Virus record (IMG/VR): IMGVR_UViG_3300021387_000535
Location: 8,929 to 72,928 of that record
Source: a virus
Lineage: Duplodnaviria; Caudoviricetes
DNA: 64,000 bases
Strand: one strand, 5' to 3'
The translations under genes were made by a program, and so were the position numbers. Numbering within the stretch: position 1 is the stretch's first letter; every line of letters begins with the position of its first letter. Shown here piece by piece: positions 40,155 through 49,721 of the stretch. Under the pieces are notes generated by a model. The model did no database searches and was not told where the DNA came from. It saw only the letters and a list, made by a program, of their open reading frames with translations.

Positions 40155-40943
40155 TTAGAATAATGTGAGTTGTCTTTGTTCCCAGTCGATGCGCTTGCAA
40201 GCCATATCGTAGTAGTCTTTGCTCAATTCAAAGCCGACGAAATGCCGCTTTTCCTTGATGCAAGCGATGGCCGTCGTGCCGCTGCCCATACAGTTGTCGA
40301 GCACCGTGTCGCCCTCGTTGGTGTAGGTGAGAACGAGATAGCGCAACAGGTCAACGGGCTTTTGGGTGGGGTGAAACTGCTTGTTTACATCGTGCTCTTT
40401 TTCGATGTCGATAATTGACAATGGGAACTTCTCAGTCGTAATGACATCGGAACGTGCCCACGGGTCGAACTTGCCATAGCATCCGTTCTTCAACTTGCCG
40501 CCACCATGACCGCGTGTGTGGTTCGGGAATCCCGTTCGCATTTGCGGATTGTATGTCGGCAGCTTGTCGTAGAAGATTACGATGTCTTCATGGTTGCGCA
40601 ATGGCATTCGGTTGGCATTGAGGAAACCGCTTGCCCTATCGCCTTTCTTCCATATCAGATTGTATCGCCACATCTTCCGATTGCTGTGCATGAGATCAGC
40701 CGTGAACATTCCCTGAGCGAACAGCACGATTGCTGCAGTAGGCTTGCATACTCTGCGATATTCAGCCCATAGCGGTTCAAACGGGATTATCGTGTCCCAT
40801 GAGCCGCCCTCGCTTTCGCCATTCAGCACCCCATACGGCAAATCGCAAATCACCGCGTCAATCGTTCCGTCGGGAATGGCTTTCATCCCCTCCAGGCAGT
40901 CCATGTTGTATATCGTATCAAGCTCTATCATAAAACTAATCAC
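40155..40943 (-). CDS. DNA amino-methyltransferase (beta class)
   Basis: CDLPY, HPTQKP, VLDNCMGSGTT. Confidence 0.9.
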   Translation of the reverse strand: MISFMIELDTIYNMDCLEGMKAIPDGTIDAVICDLPYGVLNGESEGGSWDTIIPFEPLWAEYRRVCKPTAAIVLFAQGMFTADLMHSNRKMWRYNLIWKKGDRASGFLNANRMPLRNHEDIVIFYDKLPTYNPQMRTGFPNHTRGHGGGKLKNGCYGKFDPWARSDVITTEKFPLSIIDIEKEHDVNKQFHPTQKPVDLLRYLVLTYTNEGDTVLDNCMGSGTTAIACIKEKRHFVGFELSKDYYDMACKRIDWEQRQLTLF

Positions 40944-41247
40944 TACTATCTACACTATAAGATAAACCTAACTCGGAACAATAATAATGATGGTCGGTTC
41001 GACGATAACCCGTATCCCAACCCTTGTCAAACCTAAAACCTTGACAACCAAAAGCGTGCACGACTGCCTTCTCCATGTCACCATACATCCAACCACTACA
41101 ACCGTCGGTATTCCAATACCAACCGTTCGCGTAACCTAAATCACCAATAGGCGACAAACGACGTAAATCACTAAGGCCAAACAAACCAATCTTACGCACT
41201 AAATCACGCTTCCATGAAGGAACACGACTAAAATCCTTGTACTTCAT
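40936..41247 (-). CDS. Hypothetical protein
   Basis: 103-aa ORF overlapping the MTase start. Confidence 0.5.
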   Translation of the reverse strand: MKYKDFSRVPSWKRDLVRKIGLFGLSDLRRLSPIGDLGYANGWYWNTDGCSGWMYGDMEKAVVHAFGCQGFRFDKGWDTGYRRTDHHYYCSELGLSYSVDSSD

Positions 41248-41292
41248 AATAATAACAAAATTAAATAAAACAAATATTATTTAATAAACACA

Positions 41293-41853
41293 CTAAGCAT
41301 TGTTCTTGCCGTAATTCGGGTCTTCCTTGCGCTTGCGCATGATAGAACGCGCCTTGCTCTTCATTAAACCGTACATGTTGTCACACTTGTCTGCCCAAAC
41401 CAAATCACGCATGTAACCCGTGTTCTCCTGCAAATAACGTAACTTGTCCTTAGACAAAGACATCACATCACGAATGTCATTGAACATCTCTATGTACATC
41501 GACTTGTCATAACGATGCAAGATGTCATCCATGTCCATCACCGACGTCTCAATAATATCAGCACACATGAAACATACCAATAACAACGACATCAATTCCT
41601 CCTTGGCCAACAACGGTATATCCATCGTAGCTATCTCAACCCTTTCCACCTCACAAGCGGCATTGGAAACATACTCGTCAACAACCTGGGCAAACAACGA
41701 CTCTATATCACGAGACAACGACAACGCCTCACGAAACTTCATTTCACGCTTGAACATCTCAACACGAACACGCAAAGAACGAACACTCGGGTCAGACTCA
41801 AAACGCTCACGTAACTTACTTAATAAGTCATTCGGTAATTCACTAACTTTCAT
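41293..41853 (-). CDS. Hypothetical protein
   Basis: 186 aa downstream of the promoter at 41890. Confidence 0.6.
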   Translation of the reverse strand: MKVSELPNDLLSKLRERFESDPSVRSLRVRVEMFKREMKFREALSLSRDIESLFAQVVDEYVSNAACEVERVEIATMDIPLLAKEELMSLLLVCFMCADIIETSVMDMDDILHRYDKSMYIEMFNDIRDVMSLSKDKLRYLQENTGYMRDLVWADKCDNMYGLMKSKARSIMRKRKEDPNYGKNNA

Positions 41854-41889
41854 AAATATATTTCTTTGTTTTCATTGTAAAACGTAATG

Positions 41890-41922
41890 CAAAGATAATA
41901 TATTAAATCACTAAATTGCAAA
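41890..41922 (-). promoter_or_regulatory. Bacteroidetes-type promoter
   Basis: TTTG-N21-TATCTTTG on the minus strand. Confidence 0.7.
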
Positions 41923-42043
41923 TTTATTAACAAACTACAACATATTTAACTTATTTAAATGTATTTACTAATTTAAACTATACACTTATTAAATAAGTAT
42001 TATATTTATACACACATGCGCGTGTGTACGCGCGCGAGAAAAT

Positions 42044-42919
42044 CTAAAAATCCAAACCTATACCAAAATAGTTTTCTAAATATACCTTGCAATCAACACT
42101 CGCACCAAACAAATCACCATCACCACGGAAACGACGAAGAAAATCATCGTAATCCTTACATAATACATCACTAACAAACCATTCGTATACATCACGATAA
42201 CGACTACGAACGGAAGAATCTTGATGACTATCCCAATATACTAAACCAGCACGAAGATAAAAACGAACCATACGAGGGTTCTCCATAAACTCACTTATAC
42301 GGTGCTTGAACGAAGACAAAGGACAACACATGCAACCTAAACGACGCTCTACATGAAAAACACCATCGGCATCATAATACAACGGATGACACTTGATACC
42401 ACGCCACTCTATAAATTCACGAACATCATCGTTAGACCAATCCAATATGGGATAATACTGTATCGCCTTGCCACGACCATTGTATGTGCGACACTGCTCT
42501 GGCTCTAAATATAACTTCCTACGACTAACACTCTCACAACGACGAATACCTAATAAAGCATAATCCTCAACGGCATACTCCTTCAACTCACCACAACAAT
42601 GACGAATATAACGATTCGGAAAACCACTACGATGTATACAACCACGAAAATCTAAACGAGGACGCAAAACCTCAACACCAAGAGACTTGACATGAGATAA
42701 CGTACCACGAGGGTCTATCGACGTACTCTTGTGTAAAGGACGCAACCACTCTCCACCCCAAACACCCGACATCTTACATAACTCTATCAATACATCACTA
42801 TCCTTACCACCACTAATACATACCTCTAACTTACTACGACGATGACGACAATGACGATACGCCTTACGTATCAATAAACAACTACGAGTAATCTTCTTAT
42901 CTAATTCTTCACTAATCAT
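42044..42919 (-). CDS. PAPS-reductase family (PP-loop) protein with Fe-S cysteines
   Basis: Start MISEEL; SGGKDS, RHCCGELK, LGIRRCES, YPILDWS, RLGCMCCP. Confidence 0.8.
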   Translation of the reverse strand: MISEELDKKITRSCLLIRKAYRHCRHRRSKLEVCISGGKDSDVLIELCKMSGVWGGEWLRPLHKSTSIDPRGTLSHVKSLGVEVLRPRLDFRGCIHRSGFPNRYIRHCCGELKEYAVEDYALLGIRRCESVSRRKLYLEPEQCRTYNGRGKAIQYYPILDWSNDDVREFIEWRGIKCHPLYYDADGVFHVERRLGCMCCPLSSFKHRISEFMENPRMVRFYLRAGLVYWDSHQDSSVRSRYRDVYEWFVSDVLCKDYDDFLRRFRGDGDLFGASVDCKVYLENYFGIGLDF

Positions 42920-42947
42920 AAAATAACTAATATAAAATAACAATACG

Positions 42948-42979
42948 CAAAAGTAAACATATTTAAGCATTACAACAAA
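42948..42979 (-). promoter_or_regulatory. Promoter for the PAPS-reductase-like gene
   Basis: TTTG-N20-TACTTTTG on the minus strand. Confidence 0.6.
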
Positions 42980-43009
42980 TATTTTATCACAAAAATACAT
43001 AAAACGCAT

Positions 43010-44520
43010 TTAAACGCGCTACAAACGATTATCTACACACTAGACTAATAAGTACCCACAACACACAAAAGAACGCGCCAGAACGGCTTAAAACGCGCTT
43101 AAAACGAATTCTACATAACTAAACACATAAGAACAAAACACAAAACAACGACGAAATACAAAATACATAAGAAAACACAACGACGAAAAACACGAAGTGA
43201 AGAAAAAAATTTCAGAAAAAAATTTTTAAAAAAAGAAGGGGAGTTGCACCATATAACTTCCGCCGACCTATTATCCCCCCCCCCTCCCCCGTTTTTTGCT
43301 TATGTGGCCAAACGTGGCGTTTTTCCGATTTTATATTTTTTGCATGTGTTCGTTTGAAAAAAATATGTAAAAATCTTTACAAAATTATATGTTTTCCCGT
43401 TTTCCCGTTTTCCTTATTTTTTCCCGATCTTTCGTTTTCGGCCTAAATAAAAAAATCATGTTGTTTGCAATATGTATATGTATATATATTTATTTTTCTT
43501 TTTCTTCATTCTTTCATAATTACGTACATGTTTAAATGTACTTTGTTTATGTACTAAATAAATAGTGTACTATTAAAATAATACACTAATATATTATTAC
43601 ATAATATTGTTTATATATAATGTATATTGCGCGTAATTTTTACGCAATACTTTTAGGCCATATTGATTTTTTGCACATTTTAGCCCGTTTTGTGCAATAT
43701 TTTCCCGTGCTTGTGTTATTTTGTTCTTTTTGCGAAATAAATTATTCTAAAATACGGGAAATAACACAAATATCAAAAATTATAGTTTTCGTATCAAAAA
43801 TTAAAGTTTTCATGTCATTTTTCATATTACTTTTGCAAACGAAAAACGGAGGGTGGCCGTTTCAAAAATACCCAACAAGTTCTTTGACATATTGAAAAAC
43901 GAAAAAAGCAAATAAAGGAGTGTTTTCTTTGTGTATTGCTAAAGAGTTAACGGGAGTCGGGAGTGCCGACATAAAAAGCACTTTTTTTAAGTGTTATAAA
44001 AAGGTTGAAAAAGTTATTTATACATGCTTACCTCTCCGTCAAAAAACAAAGATTTATTGCTTTTCTAAAAGTAAGAAACAAAAAACATGTGACAGATGTA
44101 AATTGTATTTTAGATGTAATTGGCAAAACAGACATTCGTAGTAATTTTCTTTTTTCGGCAAATATACCTAAATGAAGGTGACGCCCACACATTTACGTAT
44201 AATTGATACAAGCAAGTCCTATTTTTTTAGGCTGCAAAAAAAGATAGTTTAAACGGCAGTCCATCTGCCTATCTTTGCACTATAAACATTTTGTACTTTG
44301 TGACATGTTATATGTTTAGTTTTGATTAAAAAGAGTAGCTTTTGACAGTGAAAAACAAAGGTGCAAAAGAAATAAACAAAGGTTTTTTGTATATGTGTTT
44401 ATTTAACAAATGTGCAGAAAAGCGCAGGCCGCAGGGTAGGCGCAGACCTCGGGAGTTTTCGCGACTTTTGCCCGAGGCGCTATTTATAGTAACTATTTAT
44501 TTAATTAACTTAAAACAAAA
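43010..44520. other. Divergent AT-rich control region; candidate origin or packaging site
   Basis: No credible ORF; skew switch; C-run at 43265-43280; TTTTCCCGT repeats; several palindromes. Confidence 0.55.
44270..44277 (+). promoter_or_regulatory. -7 element of the early-operon promoter
   Basis: TATCTTTG upstream of the first + strand gene; the -33 element is weak. Confidence 0.5.
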
Positions 44521-44538
44521 AAATTGGAGGTCAAAATT

Positions 44539-45120
44539 ATGACAAAGAAGAATGAAAACAACAGCAAGAGAGTAAACGAATTCGCAGTAATTAACAATTT
44601 GCGCACAAAGTGTGCACCTGTCCACAAAAGTGCAGGCACATTCAACCAGGCGCTGAAAGCACTTCAGGGTCTGGAGAAGCAATACGAAGAGGTATGTGAG
44701 GCGCTCCATGTGGATAGCTTCAAATTTAAGTCTATCTGCGCAGGCTGGTCAGACGAGCTCCGTCTGAATGTAGACGGGAGGGACGTTATGGGTCTGTATG
44801 TGGACGAGGCTGCAAAGATCACCGTCACGACCGAGAAGGGCGAACAGAAGGAGGTGAACATATACGAGCGCACTGTCAATAAGAAGGGCGAGGTCAAATT
44901 CCGCGCAGTGAAGAGGCGCGTGCTGGCTACTCCCGATATGTGGGATGACGGGCTCATTCTCGAAGGTCTCATTCAGTCAGCCATGTTAGGTCTTGCAAAG
45001 AAGGAGGCAGAGGTAGCAGAAAAGCATTATAACGACCTGCTGGCCTCTGGCGAGGTGTACATTAAGAAGACCGAGCACGCCGCAGACGGCAGTAGCAGCA
45101 TCACCTTCGAGCAGGTATAA
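44539..45120 (+). CDS. Hypothetical early protein
   Basis: ATG 44539 after a ttaacttaaaac initiation region. Confidence 0.65.
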   Translation: MTKKNENNSKRVNEFAVINNLRTKCAPVHKSAGTFNQALKALQGLEKQYEEVCEALHVDSFKFKSICAGWSDELRLNVDGRDVMGLYVDEAAKITVTTEKGEQKEVNIYERTVNKKGEVKFRAVKRRVLATPDMWDDGLILEGLIQSAMLGLAKKEAEVAEKHYNDLLASGEVYIKKTEHAADGSSSITFEQV

Positions 45121-45266
45121 TTATAGCCATGTGGAAAATGTGCACGACCGAGCGTGCAGTGAAAAGCAATAAATAGGCGTCAGGCTCGGTGCGTTATTAC
45201 GGGTGCAGTGTGTGCGCGCTGCATCCGTTTTAGGTCGCAAAATTATTAACTAAAAGCATAAAGAAA

Positions 45267-45455
45267 ATGAAAGCATTTTTGTTTAAGGTTACACTTGTCA
45301 GCGGGCTGGCAGTGTTACAGAGTGGGATCGGTTATAATGTTAACGAGGCTCTTATGGACGCCTGTGATGTGATGGCTCAGTGTGGCGAATTGAATGAGGA
45401 CGAAGTCCAGAGTGTCGAATTAGTAAATACGGAGGAGGAGCGTCATCATGCGTAA
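45267..45455 (+). CDS. Hypothetical acidic protein
   Basis: 62 aa with typical initiation region. Confidence 0.55.
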   Translation: MKAFLFKVTLVSGLAVLQSGIGYNVNEALMDACDVMAQCGELNEDEVQSVELVNTEEERHHA

Positions 45456-45660
45456 CTGGTTTGCAATAATAGTGCTGAGCGTTATCGGCTTCTTCATGTG
45501 TGTGTTGTGTTTGGCGCTCGCAGCCATGTTCGCGCGAGCAGGTCAACAGTGGTGCGCAGGCGGATGCTTTTTAGCTCTTGTGTGCGTGATGTTTAGCACG
45601 GCCACAGTAGTGATGGACGTCTATTTCTATAACGAAAACGTGGATTTTTTCTTAAAGTAA
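45448..45660 (+). CDS. Small membrane protein (2 TM)
   Basis: Two hydrophobic helices. Confidence 0.55.
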   Translation: MRNWFAIIVLSVIGFFMCVLCLALAAMFARAGQQWCAGGCFLALVCVMFSTATVVMDVYFYNENVDFFLK

Positions 45661-45701
45661 GCAAACAATAATTATTAACTAAAAACAAAGGAGATTTTAT
45701 T

Positions 45702-47126
45702 ATGAAGTTCAGAAACATTAGTACGGGTGAAGTATTCAACGTGTCAAACCTTAAGATGCGCGACGGTCGTATCTTCTTCCAGGTGCGCGGCAAAGGCTGT
45801 GGCACGAAGTTTTTCAACAGGAATGTGTGCCTCGTGCTCGACGAGCATGTAAGTGACGGTACGTACCTCAAGGTCGCTGACGGCTGGGAGCTGGCCGAGG
45901 AGCGCAAGGAGCGCAAGCCGCGTGCACCGAAAGCACCGCGATCACCGAAAGCAGAGTCGAAGGAGCAGGAGTCCGCGTTCACACTCAACACGCCGCCCAC
46001 CGAGCCGTCCGTTGAAGCGGTCGAAGTGAAGTCCATCCCAGCAGAAGAAGCCGAGGCGATCGCAAGCGAGCTCAACGCTGGCGTTGACGCGGAGGCTTTG
46101 CGCGCAGAGCTATCAGCAAAGTATGGCACGATGGGCGAGGACATCTTTGTGTATGCAAGTCGTTTGGCTGAGATTATTCGTCCCGAGGCGAAGGTGAGTG
46201 AAGAGGGCTTAAAGAAGGCTGCCGAGGAGGCCGCAGAGCGCGTTGTGGAAGTCAAAATGACCGAGTGGTCTGAGCGTGGCCGTTCGTTCGGCACGAAGAC
46301 TATCGAGGTCGTGTCTCCGCAGGGTCGGCACAAAGTGTCGGGTGCAACGGCAGAAAATTTCGACATATATTGTAACTTAGTTCAGGCGGGCAAGCCGTTG
46401 TACATGTACGGCCCAGCGGGTTCGGGTAAGTCGTACACAGCGAAGCAGATTGCCGAGGCGCTCGGTCTTGACTATTATGAGACCTCGCAGGCGATGTTCG
46501 CCCACGAGTTGAAGGGCTATGGTGACGCAGCGGGAAAGTTTGTAGAAACGGCATTCTATAGGGCTTTTGCCAACGGTGGCGTGTTCTTCTTGGATGAGGT
46601 GGATGCAAGCGCGCCAGAGGCGTTGGTTGTATTAAACAATGCAATTGCCAACAAGCGTTTCGACTTCCCCGTTATCGGCAACATCGAGGCACACGAGAAT
46701 TTCCGAGTGATTGCAGCGGGCAACACCCGTATGACGGGTGCAACGTTGGAGTACACCGCGCGTCAGATGCAGGACACATCGTTCAAGAACCGCTTTTTCT
46801 TTGAGGTGGTGACCTATAGCCGTGACGTCATGATGGAGATTGCGGGCGGTGACGAGGAGATTGTCAACTTTGGCGCAGACCTCCGCAGGGCAGCACGCGA
46901 AACGGGTATTTCCCAGCTATTCTCATATAGGCAGTGTGCCGACCTTGCAACGTTGCAGGCCGCGTGCAATAACGATGACGCACACTTGCTGCGTGGTAGC
47001 GTGTTGCAGGAGAAGGAGGTCGACGATGCGCTCAACCTTTACGAACACCTTGAAAACAAGCGTAACCGCTGGGCAAAGGCGATGAAGAAGTGCATCGAGC
47101 ATATGAAGACCGAGGAGGTGTGGTAA
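45702..47126 (+). CDS. MoxR/CbbQ-like AAA+ ATPase with extended N-terminus
   Basis: GPAGSGKS, FFLDEVD, FRVIAAGNT, SFKNRF. Confidence 0.88.
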   Translation: MKFRNISTGEVFNVSNLKMRDGRIFFQVRGKGCGTKFFNRNVCLVLDEHVSDGTYLKVADGWELAEERKERKPRAPKAPRSPKAESKEQESAFTLNTPPTEPSVEAVEVKSIPAEEAEAIASELNAGVDAEALRAELSAKYGTMGEDIFVYASRLAEIIRPEAKVSEEGLKKAAEEAAERVVEVKMTEWSERGRSFGTKTIEVVSPQGRHKVSGATAENFDIYCNLVQAGKPLYMYGPAGSGKSYTAKQIAEALGLDYYETSQAMFAHELKGYGDAAGKFVETAFYRAFANGGVFFLDEVDASAPEALVVLNNAIANKRFDFPVIGNIEAHENFRVIAAGNTRMTGATLEYTARQMQDTSFKNRFFFEVVTYSRDVMMEIAGGDEEIVNFGADLRRAARETGISQLFSYRQCADLATLQAACNNDDAHLLRGSVLQEKEVDDALNLYEHLENKRNRWAKAMKKCIEHMKTEEVW

Positions 47127-47174
47127 AAACCACACTTCCTTAAATACTAACGTAACGAAAGAAAGGGAAATACA

Positions 47175-47951
47175 ATGTTTAAGAAGTACGAAAGCATTGA
47201 TGCTATGGTGCGCGACCTCAACCGAATAAGCGGTGGGTACGAGAGCAACTCCACGTCCAACCCAGAATGGTACGGGTCGGCGAGTTATGACGAAGCCGTT
47301 GACCGCATAAAGCGTGGTGACGATGAACTTGCAAAAAAGCTCAAAGGTAGTGAAAAGCTCGACATACACATTCCGTCAGCGGGTGTAAAGAAAAAGATTG
47401 TCACGCGGGTTGCAGGGTTCGCGCCACATGTTCCTAACTACTTGGCTGGCGTTCCGAATAACATGCTATGGTGTGTCGAGAAAAAGATTAACAAGAAAGT
47501 GTTAACCGTCATCTATGGTTGCAATACGTGGGCATACGAGTCTGCTACCGAGATTGCTCATGTGAGCGCAAGGGTTGTGTCGTGCATCATGTCGTTGGAG
47601 CGCAAAGGCTATCGGGTGCAGTTGTACGCAAGCAACTGCGCCACAAGCGGAAGAAAGGAAACAGGGTTCATAACAAAGCTAAAGGACGCAGGGCAACACA
47701 TTGACGTGTTAAAGATGGCGTTCCCATTATTGAGTGCATCGTGGAATCGTAGGTTTGGTTTCCGTTATCGTGAAATGTGCGGATGGCACTCGGTGGGTTC
47801 AAGCATGGATGGGTACGATCTTAGGGAGTATCTGAGGAGAAACAACGTAACGTATGACGTTGCGTTGAGCTTCTATGATGCAAAGAACATCAAGACGGTC
47901 GAGGAGCTTGAAAAACTCTTCATCGATAAGTCGAGTAAAATAACAAAGTAA
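47175..47951 (+). CDS. vWA-like partner of the AAA+ ATPase
   Basis: GFAPHVPNYLAGVPNNM, LERKGYRVQLY, KLKDAGQHIDVLKMAF; directly follows the ATPase. Confidence 0.6.
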   Translation: MFKKYESIDAMVRDLNRISGGYESNSTSNPEWYGSASYDEAVDRIKRGDDELAKKLKGSEKLDIHIPSAGVKKKIVTRVAGFAPHVPNYLAGVPNNMLWCVEKKINKKVLTVIYGCNTWAYESATEIAHVSARVVSCIMSLERKGYRVQLYASNCATSGRKETGFITKLKDAGQHIDVLKMAFPLLSASWNRRFGFRYREMCGWHSVGSSMDGYDLREYLRRNNVTYDVALSFYDAKNIKTVEELEKLFIDKSSKITK

Positions 47952-47978
47952 ACAAAACATTTAAAAACATTAAAAGCA

Positions 47979-48416
47979 ATGAAAACAATGAATGCAAAAG
48001 ATTTGGAGTATTTGAAGGAGATAACGGGTCTTGTTAGTGAAGGTGAGACCCAAGTGACTAACAACACTATGGCGGTTGCTACACCAGACGACGAAAACCT
48101 CAAGGTGTGGGTAGGTAAATTTGTCGATGTGACGGACAAGACGGGCACACACACAGGCATGATTGACCGCGTACATGGAACTCGGTTGGGGTTCGTGTTC
48201 GCCACCAAGGATGGATGGACGGCGAGGTTGGTATGGCCAGCAAACGTGCGCGTTGCATCGGACGAGAAAAGGGCAAAGCGTAGTGCCGAGACTTACTACA
48301 ACGAGGAGAGCACAAGCCTCCGTTGCCGCATCCGTCGCAACATCGTTGGTGACGACAAGGTTATGTTGAACAGGATGCTTGCGAACTGCGAGTCTTGGCT
48401 TCGTAAGCTCGTGTAA
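47979..48416 (+). CDS. Hypothetical protein
   Basis: 145-aa ORF. Confidence 0.6.
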   Translation: MKTMNAKDLEYLKEITGLVSEGETQVTNNTMAVATPDDENLKVWVGKFVDVTDKTGTHTGMIDRVHGTRLGFVFATKDGWTARLVWPANVRVASDEKRAKRSAETYYNEESTSLRCRIRRNIVGDDKVMLNRMLANCESWLRKLV

Positions 48417-48448
48417 AAAGTTGTTCACAATCAACGGGCGGTTCACTT

Positions 48449-48500
48449 GTGGCGTGGCGACAACGCGTGTTGTCGGGCGGTTCGACTCCGCCGCCGCTAC
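48449..48500 (+). ncRNA. Minimal tRNA-like structure (T-arm, one hairpin, closing stem)
   Basis: GGCGG-TTCGACT-CCGCC; GACAAC-GCGT-GTTGTC; GTGGC..GGC/GCC-GCTAC. Confidence 0.45.
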
Positions 48501-48530
48501 GAATTTTATTAACTTAAAACACAGTGAGAT

Positions 48531-49693
48531 ATGAGTAAGATTAGTGAAAAGCGTATGATGTACGCCAAGGTTCTCACCGAGAATGGTGTTGACCTTACAA
48601 AGAGTTACTACGCACAGCCAGACAGTCAGTTGCGCGTCGTCTTCAAGTCGTGTGAAATATTCAAGTTCAAAAGCACAAACCCGTGTCGCACGAATGCCGA
48701 GCAGTTCTATTATGCGGCGCAGGCAGGTTTCAAACTATTAAACAAGTAAGATTATGACAGTATTATCGAGCAAGAACTTTTCGTTCTATGAGATAGACGA
48801 AGAGCTTAAAGAAAACTTCAAGGCTGTGTTATGGGATGAGCTTTCTTCGTATCATGCCGAATGCTTGAAGTGGGTTGGCAATGCTATTCGCCCCGTTGAC
48901 TCCCAATGGTTCTGGTCGGGTGGCGCGTATTGTTGGTATGATAAAACACAAACGCACGAATATCGCGTTTGGCAGACCGTTAACGGAAACCTCATGTATG
49001 AGGATTGCACTAATGATAAATTATATGTGGTTCATTTTAATTGATAGGAGAAAAGGATTATGACATGTAAAGAATATTGGAACAACATAGTATGTGAGTT
49101 GAATAAGAAAAGCCTTCCGATTCGTAGTTTTGGTTTCGGCGAGTTCTACACAGAGGTTCAGTACGTTACACTTGACGCGCTTAGACGAGAGGATTGGCCG
49201 AATGGGATTGCGGAAAACAGTGTGTACGTTACGTTCGGAATAGACATGGCAATGATGACGGTTGAATGCGCATCTTGCGGCCATATTTGGTTGACGAATG
49301 AAGACAAAAGAAAGTCCAACCTCGCCATGTGTAGCATCAAGAAAGCGCACAAGGCTATCGGAAAGACTTGGATGAGGAAGTCTAAGTTTAAGAATACCGA
49401 GGACTTGGCTAAGAAAATCGACAAGTTCTGGTCATCAGTTCTTGAAACTCTCAATGAAGTTACGGGTGGTTATCCATACAAGGAAATGAAAATAAATATT
49501 TATTGATATGATAAGTTTTGAAGTTCATGTTATCGGCTTTAATGTCGATACATTTATAACGAGATACGCTTGGTATATCAAATCATGGACGCGTAGCTGG
49601 TATGATGGTAGAATATTTAATCTAATTGCACCGCAAGAGGTTTACAACGAGATTGACTCCTTAACCGAAGAGTGTATTGAAATCCTTAAATAA
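48531..49693 (+). CDS. Four small hypothetical genes (48531-48749, 48754-49044, 49060-49506, 49508-49693)
   Basis: Tightly packed co-directional ORFs with AT-rich initiation regions. Confidence 0.6.
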
Positions 49694-49721
49694 AAAATGA
49701 CAAATGGCAAAGTTTAATTTT

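Noticed and set aside
45593-46366. 257-aa antisense ORF and similar long opposite-strand ORFs (e.g. 23658-24323, 39581-40150, 9836-10339)
   Set aside because: These are antisense shadows of well-supported genes with biased codon usage.
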